From contig JBHGNT010000001.1 of the NCBI GenBank assembly GCA_043228905.1, forward strand, positions 27,652,001 to 27,716,000: a stretch of DNA of 64,000 nucleotides. Direction: 5' to 3'. Shown here one piece after another: positions 32,928 through 44,793 of this stretch. The notes below the pieces were generated by a model. It worked only from the letters and a program-made list of their open reading frames with translations, searched no databases and was not told where the DNA came from. Made by a program: the position numbers and the translations under genes. The stretch's first letter is position 1; every line of letters starts with the position of its first letter. The DNA is from Azolla caroliniana. Its lineage: Eukaryota; Plantae; Polypodiophyta.

Positions 32928-34910
32928 CTTGAAATGTGTGCAAGCCCTCCTCCCTTAGCGTTAGTCCCGTGATTACCCCCAGTCCACAGCGCGTCCCTCG
33001 AATGTGTTGATGACGATGCATGCCTTCTGCTTTGGCGTCCTGTAGGCGTTGATGCGGACACAACCGACTTCTAGCAGGAACTTCGCTACCTCCTTGAAAA
33101 AAGAATTGCCTTGGCGGAGGTTGAGTACTCTTCGAAATATTTCTCCAAGTCCTCTGCAAGGGGAATCTCGAAGTATTTTTCTCCTGTCGCTGTCAAACCC
33201 AGCTTCTTTCTGATGCTGGCGTTCGTAATTGTGTCGATATTCAGCTTTTTGGCGATTTCTTGGGCGTTGGGGTGCGGTGGCACCTCTGCTATTTGGATGT
33301 AACCTTCGAAGCCCTTTTCCAGAAGCCATCGACGTAGTGTTGAGGAGATAGGGATCGACATACTAGCGTGGCAAGGATTGTGTGAGGAGTGATTAGGGGT
33401 TAGGGCACGTGAGTGTTGCGGACCGTGCTGCCTGTGATAGGTTGGGGAGCGAGGAGAGCGAGGAGCACGAGGAGAGCAGAGAGCTTGAGAATGTTTTTCG
33501 TAATGTGTAGAAAACCATCTGTTCTCCTCTTTTTGGGACTTCGGGTTCATGGGCATGTGCATTATTGTGCCAACGTGTGTTCTTTTCCTAGGAAACTCTA
33601 CATGCATGAAAGCTTGTTAATAGTCGTGCTTATCTTCTCTTTTTTTTTCGTTTTCCTTTTTTTTCTTTTTTCTTTTCTAACGATAAAGTACAATATTACT
33701 GTTACATTCTTACAAGTGGATCCCGGCTAATGGTTGGTGCGAGACCCAACTGTCGTATCATTTATGACATAAAACGGATTCAGGGGCGTAGGTCCCAAAT
33801 ACAACTTCAAGCGGAACCTGTTCACCTTTTGCCCTAGTATTCCGCCGACAAGGGTGCCTAATTGAAAGGTCTTGTTTTCTACTCCTATTATCCAATACGG
33901 CCCTGTCCAGCGGAATCGTAGTTTCCCCCGCATTTGGCCCATGTGGGTTTGGAAGACTAGCATGACTTTCCCAAATTTGAAGTGCTTGTCTCTCGTGCCT
34001 CGATGCCGAGCTACGAACGCTTTACGCCTTCGTTGCTCATGCTCTAGTATTGCCATACTTGCGGACTCAAGTTTCTTCTAATTCAAGTAATTGTTGCAAC
34101 CAGATTTGCTCGGACTGTCCCTCCGATAGACTTTCGGGTACTTCAATCCACAAGTTGGGGACCTGAAATTCAATGGGCATTACGGCTTCCAACCCGAATT
34201 CTAGTCGAAAGGGAGTGGATTGTATGCTGGTTTTATAGCTCGTTATGTAAGCCCACAAGGCGCTATGCAGCTTCGTATCCCAGTCCGTTTTATTCTCATT
34301 ATCGATCTTTATAAGGATGGTCTGCAACGTCTTGTTCGTTGATTCCGCTAATCCATTCGCCTAAGGGTAATAAGGCGTACTCTTCTTATGTACTACGGTG
34401 TAATGGTTTGTGAGCTCGTGGATAACCGTATTCAAAAAATGGCTCCCTTGATCACTTATGAGTTCTATTGGGCAGCCAAAACGGCTCCAAATCTGTTCAT
34501 AGAGGAACTTTGTCGTAGATGTCGCGGTATTATCTCGTTATGCTTTCATTTCTACCCACTTTGTGCAGTCATCCGTGGCGACTAGGATATGTGTAACGCT
34601 GCCTCCTTCTCATCCTGCCATATACAGTGCCTCCAGATACCATCGCTTCCTTTATGATATAGCACTCCCTCCACCAAGTAGAAATTGCGACTCCGTACTG
34701 ACAGTCTTTTCTTTTCGTCCGTCCATAGTTGTGGTGGTGTCAGTCCCATTGTCAAGAAATAGGTCATCTCCATCAACCATCGATCTGGAAATTTTTTTCT
34801 CGTCCAGTGATGTTGTAGTCGCAACCCAAAGAATATCTACGTCGGGGAAATCGTCACCTTGTTTGATTACGTCGTCATCGTTATCTATTCTGCTTAGAAA
34901 ATCGGTTATG
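32928..34910 (-). pseudogene. Integrase remnant and start of ORF3 of element A2
   Basis: DWDTKLHSALWAY, GKLRFRWTGPY and VNRFRLKLY motifs, followed by an ORF3 homologue of 2053-2441. Confidence 0.8.
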
Positions 34911-35754
34911 GCGTTGTCGCGTTGTTACGCGCGTGCGTGGAGAACAAGGCGGGACCACTGGGGTCTTGGACCGAGGAATAGGTGAGGAAGCGAAAGGAGA
35001 GAGAGAGAGAGACACGCTCTCACACGTATAGACAAAGAAGCGTGCGGGAACGCAGCCAAACAACACAAGAGATAGGGTAAAAGGAGATAGGGTAAAAGGA
35101 CGCGTTGTCGTGAAGAAAACTGTCCACTAGCGGAATCGGTGCACCAGAGCGTAGGAACCGGCTCTTCATGCACGTACGTCTTATGTTGTACATAAGAGAG
35201 AATTAGGTACATAGAAGATCCTAGGTAGGTAGATTCGGTAGGTAGGAAGTTAATGGGAAACGGCTCCTTTCTTGCCTATAAAAGGAGGGAGACGGGGAAG
35301 AGGAAGGGGATCATGGTGAGAGAGGACGAAGTGCTGTCGGGTTGACGGCCGAAGGCTTCTCTCTCTTCCATACTCCGTAGCTTCTTTCGGTGTAGGGGTT
35401 TCGGGAGGCTCGCGATGCTCTGAGGAATGCCCGAGTGCTTCCGGCAGCACCTCCAACCTACTCCTTTCTTCCTGAGCGTTTACGAACAGGCACCGGCATC
35501 TGTTCGCCGGCCTGTTCGGTTGTAACCGACTTCGTGCTTCTTGTTGTTTGTCCTTGTTAATATATATATACATACATTCGTGTCTCTCTGCGTCAGTGTC
35601 GCACTCGCGTCTTTGTGTCGAAGGGCTGTGCCCCTGTGAATCTACGCCCACACGTAGTGGGTCCCCTCCCTTCTCCTTTGTCTCTTGCTCTTCGGTACAA
35701 GACCCCCGAGGCCCCGCCTCATTCCACGCATCCGTGAGGAATACCAGGACATTT

Positions 35755-35772
35755 TGGTGAACCCGACGTGAA
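35755..35772 (+). promoter_or_regulatory. tRNA-Trp PBS
   Basis: TGGTGAACCCGACGTGAA is complementary to the 3' end of plant cytosolic tRNA-Trp (TTCACGTCGGGTTCACCA, recalled from memory); the same motif occurs at 18786, 28305 and 53302, and partly at the window end. Confidence 0.85.
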
Positions 35773-37921
35773 GGAGGCGACAGAAGAACAGAAGATGAAG
35801 GGGTCGGATCTTGCGGAGGCCATGGCTTCGGCCGTGGATCGGATATTGAGCGCACGCGAGGGCACCGGCGCCCTCGACAGAGCCATTGAGGTGGTCGTCG
35901 GTACGATCGGCCGATTCATCGGAAAGGATGCCACGAAGTATTTGGCGTCCTATGGGGCAGAAATGCTGATACGGGACATTCCGGAAGAGAGGCGTCTTGC
36001 CGGGTTCCCTCGAGTGGCGATGCCAAGCATCCATGCGGAGGTGCTCGAGGTACGGGCGGAGAGCCGTACCTGGGAGGAGTTCGAAGGCCGACTCCTAGAA
36101 AAATACGGGCTGGACGACGCGCTCCGGCTTTCGAAACGGGACTTCATGGAATGGGTGGAGTCCCCCGGCAAGGGAAGAAACGCGTCGGCACTCCTCCGGG
36201 AGTTTGAGGAACGCTTTGCGCGCCTTTCGGCGCTTGACCGAACCGTTCTGGATACGAGCCGGGTCCTACTGTTCGTCAAGTCGGTGGACGAGCGGGACCG
36301 GGATCAAGTCGGCTCCTTGCTAGAAACCGAAGACGGGCTGACGACCGACTGGGCTGCGGTTAAGAGAGTCTGTGGCCGTTTCGACAAACGACGAGAATGG
36401 ACTGACAACGGGGCGGCCGGAGCGGGCTCTGTCACAGCAAGGGGGCTTGAACCGGCACCGCAAGGGCGAAGGGCAGAGACCCGGGAGTGGCTCGAAACCA
36501 GTTCGGCTCCGACCGGCATGGTCAATGACTCGTTCGGAGGAGCAGCGCTGGAGGAGTTGACGCGGGCGATAAAAGATCTCCAGATCCCCCAGACTCGAAG
36601 GGAAGGCGGTGAACCGGCTCGTGACCGATGGCCGGCAACAGGGAACAGGTGCATGTGGTGCGACGAGGTCGGCCACATTCGGAAGGACTGCGGCGATTTC
36701 GCAGAGGCGTTGAGGAACCGGGTGGTGTACCTATGGGAAGGCCGGGTGCACGCCGGCGATACCAGAAGGGCCCTAAACCGGAACGACGGGCGAGGAGGTA
36801 TGAAGAGACTGATGGAAGAGGCAGCGGCCCGACACGTGGAGGCCATCCACTACTCAGCGACGGCCGGTATTCGGGTCGGGGGCAGCGAGGCCCGAAAGGA
36901 GAGCAAAGACGGATTCTGGTCGGCAATGCTGGAAGGCCTCGCCGGCGCATGACTGAGGAAAGATGAAGCGGACCGCGCTGAGAGACGGGTCCGGGAAATA
37001 ACCGGGTAGGGCGACTCGATCGAGGAGAAGACGGGCTTCGTAGAAGCCGCCTGCCGGAACTACGAGGCTCTGGTAGAAGACAAACGAGTGGGGAAAGCCG
37101 GAGTGGCCGGGCCCTCACAACGATACGAGACCCGATTTGGGCAACGACGGAACGAAGCCGGTGGGTCCAGTGCGCAAGATAACCCCAGGAAGGGCGGATA
37201 CCGACTGGCGACGGAAATAGAAAGGACCACGGATCTACGAAAGGTCCTAGAAGAACGGATCCTCGACAGCAAAGTGGAGCTGTCATTGCGGGAGGTGCTA
37301 GGGATCGCTAAGATGGAGTTCCACGACTCCATTGTGGACTTGGTGAAGCGGAAGAGGCTGTCGACGGAGACGGAACCGGAAAGACCGGTGGAGGTGCGGA
37401 CGACGCACATCGACGACTTGGCGCTGGAACATGAGTGGGCGGAGAGCCACTATTCGAGGCCACACTGGGCCCGAGCGACCACGGAGACCCCGGTAAAGAT
37501 CGGAGATGTTCAGGAACCGGTGGTGGCGCTGGTGGACCACGGTTCGGAAATAAACCTGATGTCCATGGACTTCTATAAGAAGGGAAAGTGGCCGATCAAC
37601 ACCAAGCACGGGTGGAGGATACGGGCGGCGACGTGCGCCACCGAGGAGCTGCACGGGGCCTGCCCGAACGTGCGAGTCAAGATCGGCGACGTCGAGATTG
37701 ACCAGCACTTCTTCGTACAGGAGACGTCCTCGCACCCGGTCATATTAGGGGAACCATACATCACGGCGGCGCGGATGGAGACCAAGGTGCTAGACAATGG
37801 TTCGGCCTACGCAAGGGTCAAAAGCCAGGACAGGCGCCATTCGGTCCAATTTCTAACGGTGCGACCGAACCACGAACGAAACCGCGAATCCCTCGGTGGC
37901 GAGAACCGGGAGGATTTTTAG
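35768..37921 (+). pseudogene. gag: Gag-protease with premature stops
   Basis: CMWCDEVGHIRKDC knuckle, LVDHGSEINLM protease; stops at ~36950 and ~37007. Confidence 0.88.
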
Positions 37922-40900
37922 AGAGGGCTGCCAAGGCGTGGGGCCGAGACAGTCCGGACACTCGGGAAAGACCCCACAGCTGTACGATAGGTAAAAAATT
38001 TTGCTTCTCCAACAACGGAGGGTGCATGATAGTCGGCATCGTTGGCCGAGAGAAGGCAAGGGCGGAAGTGCGACTTCGAGCGTGCGGAGTTCTCGGCCCG
38101 GACGAGGAAATCAGCGGAGCCGTGGAGGCAGTCTCCTTCGACGACACCTTGGGGATGCTGAGGAAGGTAGCCGGAGAAGACCTTAACGAAGACCGGATGA
38201 TACCGGTATGTTCCGAAGAGATGTACGAAGTCATCACAAACTTCAGTCAGGGGCTCGAGTCGGATCGGACGGCCCGAGTTAGCACGAAGTACAAGACTGT
38301 GGATTGGAAGGTAAGGCTAGTCGTGGCACCCTTACCGGAGGGTAGTGAATCCCGAATTAGAGGGGTTGCGTCGGACCCCAGTTTACGAGATCCGGACCGC
38401 ATAGGACACACCTTCACCGACGGGACGCTCCGGGAGCTCAAAATAGGTGGGGGCGGGTTCCTACTGCCGGAGGAGGAAGACCGGTTTCGGAGGATGCTCG
38501 GAAGGCACGGGAAAGCCTTCGTGTTCTCACTAGAAGAGATCGGGTGCGTAGACCCGACAATCGTGGAGCGGATGGTGATATTCACGGTACCGCATGTACC
38601 GTGGAATCTCAAGCCGATTCCAGTACCGAGAGCTCACATCCCGAAGTTGATGGAGCTATTGAGGCAGAAAGTCGATATGGGCATTCTCGAACCGTCAAGT
38701 GCCCCATACTCGAACCGATGGTTTACCGTACCAAAGAAAAACGGAACATTGCGCTTCATTCAAGACCTGCAGCCGGTTAACAGAGTGACCATTCGGAACG
38801 CGGGAATCGGACCGACCATAGACGAGTTCGCGGAGGCCTTCGCCGGAAGGTTGATTTACTCGGTCGGTGATCTGTACTCGGGGTACGACCAGTTCCAGCT
38901 AGCCGTGGAGAGCAGAAACATTACGACAATGCGAACTCCCCTCGGCCTAGTGCGAATGTGTACCCTGCCACAAGGAGGGACCAACTCGGTGGCCCACATG
39001 GTGAATGCAATGAACAAGGTATTGAGGGATTGCATCCCGGACATCACCATGCCATTTCTAGACGACATCCCGATAAAGGGGTGCTCGGTGGAAGAGAAGG
39101 ACGAGACACTCGGGCCGGACGGATGCCGGCGATTCGTGGCAGCGCACATCGACGACTGCGAGAGGGTGCTACAAAGGCTAGAAGATGCGAGGCTCACCTT
39201 CTTCGGGGAGAAATCGGCCTTCGGGCAATCAGAAATCCTGGTGGTCGGACACCTATGTGGACCATATGGCCGAAAGTCGTCTCCGGCAAAGGTAGAAGCC
39301 ATCTCCGCGATGAAGACTGACTGTAGCTCGGTTACAGAAGTTCGGAGGTTCCTGGGGGCATGCGTATTCTACCACATATGGATCCCGCATTACGCCCACG
39401 TTGCGGAGCCGCTATACGGGTTGCTGAAGAAGGGGCGAAAATTTGAGTGGCGAGACGAGCACACGGAGTCGATCCGGAAGCTGAAGGAAGCTCTTGCGGC
39501 AGCACCGACACTCCGGAAGGCTGTCTACGGGAAGGGTACCCCGGTATACATAACAGTGGATACAAGTCCAATCGGGATCGGATGGGTCGTCAACCAAGAA
39601 GACAAGGACGACATTCGGTTCCCGATCCGATTCGGCGCGAAGGTCCTCAGTGAGCGACAACGAAGGTACGCCCAGGTTATACGCGAACTCTGGGGTATCA
39701 TTTCGGTAGTAAAGGCCGACAAAGACTACCTGATTGGGACAGAAGTGATTATCGAGACGGATTGCCTGCCAATTCTCGGCATGGTTTCTAGATGTGCGAC
39801 ACCGGACCTGGCGATGCTCAGGTGGATAGCGTACATCAAGTCCCTGGACCCGGAAATACGACACATTTCCGGAAAGGACAACGCCATGGCCGACATGCTT
39901 TCAAGGGCGACATGGTTTCGGAGGACGAAGAAGTCGGGGTGGACTTCTTCGAGGCAACGTACGTGACGACCGATGGGACGAGCACTCCGGCACTCAACGG
40001 CTTCGACGAGAGCAAGTACGACAGCGAGTGGCTATAGATCGGTGGTTTCTTAAGGACCATGACGTCGGATGCGTCATGGACGAGGGACGAGACCAACCGG
40101 ATCCGGAAGAAAGGATACCGATTCTTTGTCCGGGACGGATACTTATGGAAGCACCAGAAGAAGAGGAACGACGTCCCGCTCTGGGTGGTGGCGATGAAGG
40201 AAGAACAGGAGGAGCTGCTGACGGCCTACCACGACAGCCCTTGGGCTGGACACTGTGGAACGTGGGCCACGTTCGAGAAGATAAAGGGGAAGTACTGGTG
40301 GCCGGGACTGTACCGGGACGTGCATCGGTTCGTGACAACTTGCGAGAGCTGTCAGATGCACTCCATAGTCTGACAGCGGGACGAGCTTCACCCTACGTAC
40401 CCTCCTACCATCCACTTCAAATGGATGGTAGATTTGGTGACGATGCCGATGGGAATGGGACAGATGCGGTATTTGGTCCTGGCTCGGGAAGATTTGATGA
40501 ACCAGGTGGAAGGCCGAGCCCTTCAGAACAAAACGACCGCGGCCGTATGTCGGTTCCTGATCGAGGACGTGATATGCCGGTACGGGTGCATCGGGAAGAT
40601 CGTGGCTGATCGTGGGGAGTTGGACGCCGAAGAGGCCGAGGAGCTGTTCGACCGGCTAGGAGTCAAGCTCTCGCTTACCACTGCGTACAATCCGGAGGCG
40701 AATGGGAAGGTGGAGCGCGGACACGGACCGATCGTCAAGGCGTTAGTTCGGGCATGCGGAGGGCAAGTCGGGAACTGGCCGCGGCTGCTGCCTTACGCGT
40801 TGTGGGCTGACCGAACTACGCACAGTTCGGTGACCGGATTCATGCCGGCAGAGCTCATGTTTGGGCAAAAGCCGATCATGCCGATGGAACGTACGATCTC

Positions 40901-41366
40901 CTCATGGGCAACCGTGGACTGGAGAGACGAGATGAGCCGGGAGGAACTGTTGGCGGCGCGTATACGACAGCTCGAGCGAAGACCGGAGGACGTGGAGCAG
41001 GCTGCGGGAAAGCTTCGGGTGGCAAGGACGAGGAACAAAGCCCGGTTCGATTGGACGCACCAGCTCCGACCGAAGAAGATCGAGGAAGGCGACTGGGTGC
41101 TAGTCGACGACAGCAGCCTCGACAACCAGCACCGAGCGACGCGGAAGTTCGCAAGAAGGTGGTTCGGGCCTTACGTGGTACAAAGCGCCAACGACAACGA
41201 GACGTACCATCTAGCGGAACTCGACGACACGAGAATGGCGATACCGGTAGCTGGGAAACGGATCAAAGCGTTCAAGAAGCGTCACGACGACAAGCCGGAT
41301 CCGGTTAACCTGGACCGCGACGACGAACGATCCGAAACCGAGGAAGAACCGATGGGCGGGGAATGA
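37912..41366 (+). pseudogene. pol: RT-RH-INT in the -1 frame, with a frameshifting deletion (~39907) and stops
   Basis: DLYSGYDQ, PFLDDIPIKG, TVDTSP and ADRGE..NGKVERG motifs. Confidence 0.88.
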
Positions 41367-44300
41367 AGGCTGGACCGGTTTTCTCCGTCCCAACTCAATT
41401 TGGCGCATGCCGGTGGATGCGCGGTTAGGTGGGGGCGGATGTCGTGAAGAAAACCGTCCACTAGCGGAATCGGTGCACCGGAGCGTAGGAACCGGCTCTT
41501 CATGCACATACGTCTTATGTTGTACATAAGAGAGAATTAGGTACATAGAAGATCCTAGGTAGGTAGATTCGGTAGGTAGGAAGTTAATGGGAAACGGTTC
41601 CTTTCTTGCCTATAAAAGGAGGGAGACGGGGAAGAGGAAGGGGATCACGGTGAGAGAGGACGAAGTGCTGTCGGGTTGTCGGCTGAAGGCTTCTCTCTCT
41701 TCCATACTCTGTAGCTTCTTTCGGTGCAGGGTTTCGGGAGGCTCGCGCTGCTCTAAGGAATGCCCGAGTGCTTCTGGCAGCACCTCCAACCTACTCCTTT
41801 CTTCCTGAGCGTTTACGAACAGGCATCGGCATCTGTTCGTCGGCCTGTTCGGTTGTAACTGACTTCGTGCTTCTTGTTGTTTGTCCTTGTTAATATATAT
41901 ATACATACATTCGTGTCTCTCTGCGTCGGTGTCGCACTCACGTCTTTGTGTCGAAGGGCTGTGCCCCTGTGAATATACGCCCACACGTAGTGGGTCCCTT
42001 CCCTTCTCCTTTGTCTCTTGCTCTTCGATACAAGACCCCCGAGGCCCCGCCTCATTCCACGCATCCGCGAGGAATACCAGGACAGCGTAAATAAATATAT
42101 GTATGCAGACGACTCGAACGGTTACAGCTGATCAGGTCGACGAGACGGGTGCCGACGCCTGATCACCCACGCACACAGGGGAGCAAGATGGAGATTCTGT
42201 CGGAAGCACACGGGCGTTCCACGGAGCAGAATCATCCTCTCGAGAACCTGCGCCAAGAAAGCTATGGAGAACGACAGAGGAGAAGAGCTCGGTCCTAGTC
42301 CGACAGCACTTCGTCCCCTCTAGCGCGCTATATCCCCTCTCTCCCTCGTCTCCCTCTCCTTTATAGCTCAAGGAGGGAGACCGTTTCACCCGTTTACATC
42401 ACATTAATTCTCTGTCCTTTCGGACAGAGATACTCCTCGATTTACCTTATAGAATATTGCTACCTAGGATTTAACCTTTGCGCCTACCTATCTACTTTAC
42501 GACAAGGGACGTGCCCACGTGTAAGGGCCGGTTCACACACATTATACACGGTTTGCGCCTGGGGACGGTTTTCTTCACGACATCCGCCCCCACCTAACCG
42601 CCCATCCACCGGTATGCGCCAAATTGGGTTCCTACGGGAGAAAACCGATCCTTGCTTTTATTCCTCGTTTACCGGTTCATCCTCCGCCTCGGGCTGCTCG
42701 TCGTCGCTGTCCATGCCTCCTAGCCCCAACTCCCCGTCGTGCCGTTTCTTGAACGCTTTGATCCTCTTCCCCGCTACCGGTATCGCCATTCTCGTACCGT
42801 CGAGCTCCGCGAGATGGTACGTCCCATTGCCGTTGGCGCCTGTTACTACGTAAGGCCCGAACCACCTCCTCGCAAACTTCCGCATGGCCCTGTGCTGATT
42901 GTCGAGGCTGCTGTCGTAAACTAGCACCCAGTCGCCTTCCTCGATCTTCCTTGGCCTGGACCGGTGTGTTCGGTCGAACCGGGCTTTGTTCCTTATCCTC
43001 GCTACTTGAAGTTTCTCCGCGGCTCGCTCTACGTCCTCTGGCCTCTGCTCGAGCTGTCGAATCCGCGCCACCAACAGTTCCTCCCGGCTCATCTCATCCC
43101 TCGAGTCCACCGTGGCCCACGAGGAGATCATTCGCTCTGTTGGCATGATCGGCTTCTGTCCGAACATCAGCTCGGCCGACATGAACCCGGTTACCAAACT
43201 GTGCGTAGTCCGGTCCGCCCACAAGGCATAAGGTAGCAACCGTGGCCAGTCCCCGACTCGGCCTCCGCACGCCCGTACTAGCGCTTTGACAATTGGCCCG
43301 TGTCCGCGCTCCACCTTCCCGTTCGCCTCCAGATTGTACGCTGTGGTGAGCGAAAGTTTGACTCCTAGCCGGTCGAACAACTCTTCGCCCTCTTCTGCGT
43401 CCAACTCACCACGGTCAGCCACGATCTTCCCTACGCACCCGTATCGGCATACTACGTCCTCAATCAAAAACCGGCACACGGCTGCCGTCGTCTTGTTCTG
43501 CAAGGCTCGGCCTTCAACCTGGTTCGTTAGATCTTCCCGAGCCAACACCAAATACCGCATCTGTCCTACCCCCATTGGCATCGTCACCAAATCTACCATC
43601 CACTTGAAGTGGACGGTCGAAGGGTAGGTCGGGTGAAGCTCGTCTCGATGTCGGATCATGGAGTGCACCTGACAGCTTTCACAAGTCGTCACGAACCGAT
43701 GCACGTCCCGGTATAGTCCCGGCCACCAGTACTTCCCCTTTAGCTTTTCGAACGTGGCCCACATTCCACGGTGTCCAGCCCACGGGCTATTGTGGTACGC
43801 CGCCAGCAAATCCTTCTGTTCCTCCTTCTTCACCACCACTCGGAGCGGGATGTCGTTCCTCTTCTTTGGGTGCTTCCATATGTATCCGTCCCGAAGAAAG
43901 AATCGGTAGGCTTTCTTCCGAATCCGGTTGGCCTCGTCCGTTGTCCATGCCGCGTCCGGTGTCATTGTTTTCAGGAACCCGCCGATCTGCAGCCACTCCC
44001 CGTCGTACTTGCTCTCATCGAAATCGTTAAGCGTTGGAGAGCATACCCTGTCGGTTGTTACGTTAGCCGCCTCGAAGAAGTCCACGCCGACTTCCTCGTC
44101 TTTTAAAACCATGTCGCCCTCGTTTTCGAACCTCACCCTTGAAAGCATGTCGGCCATGGCATTGTCTTTCCCAGAAATGTGTCGTATTTCCGGATTCAGG
44201 GACTTGATGTACGCTATCCACCTGAGCATTGCCAGGTCCGGCGTCGCGCATTCGGAAACCATGCCAAGAATTGGCAGGCAGTCCGTCTCGATAATTACCT

Positions 44301-44793
44301 CTGCCCCGATCAGGTAGTCTTTATCGGCCTTTACCGCCGAAACGATACCCAAGAGCTCGCGTTTAACCTGGGCGTATCCTCGATGTCGCTCGCTGAGGAC
44401 CTTCGCGCCGAACCGGATCTGGAAACGCATGTCGTCCTCGTCCTCTTGGTTGACAACCCATCCGATCCCGGTCGGACTCGTGTCTATCGTTACGTAAATC
44501 AGAGTGTCCTTTCCGTAGACAACCTTTCGGAGCGCCGGAGCTGTGTAAGGATTTGACGCTATCAAATCCTTCGCCTCTCGGCCACAACCGAGACAACACG
44601 GATCAATGCAGCAGAAAATAAAAAAAAACAAAGACACAGAGAGACGAATACACAGGGTATAACGTGGAAAACCCTAAACGGAAAAAAAACCACGGGAGTG
44701 CACGACTCCAACTATCACTATACACTGGAATATACAATGGCGAGCTGCAAGGCGACGACCTTGAGCTCGCTGTTCTCGCCACAGGCGGCGGTA

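Larger units (their letters stand above)
35106..42084 (+). mobile_element. Trp-primed gypsy element inserted in the LTR of a relative; full length with a few stops
   Basis: LTRs at 35106-35751 and 41440-42084; TSD GCGT at 35102-35105 and 42085-42088; the empty site is visible in the sister LTR at ~53514. Confidence 0.95.

Noticed and set aside
32401-33159. 252-aa ORF with (YI)n repeats
   Set aside because: It is read-through across a (TA)n microsatellite and an LTR/host junction.
42658-44637. Stand-alone 659-aa gene with a hydrophobic N-terminus
   Set aside because: It is a chimera of copia LTR sequence fused in frame to the RH-INT half of the interrupted gypsy pol.
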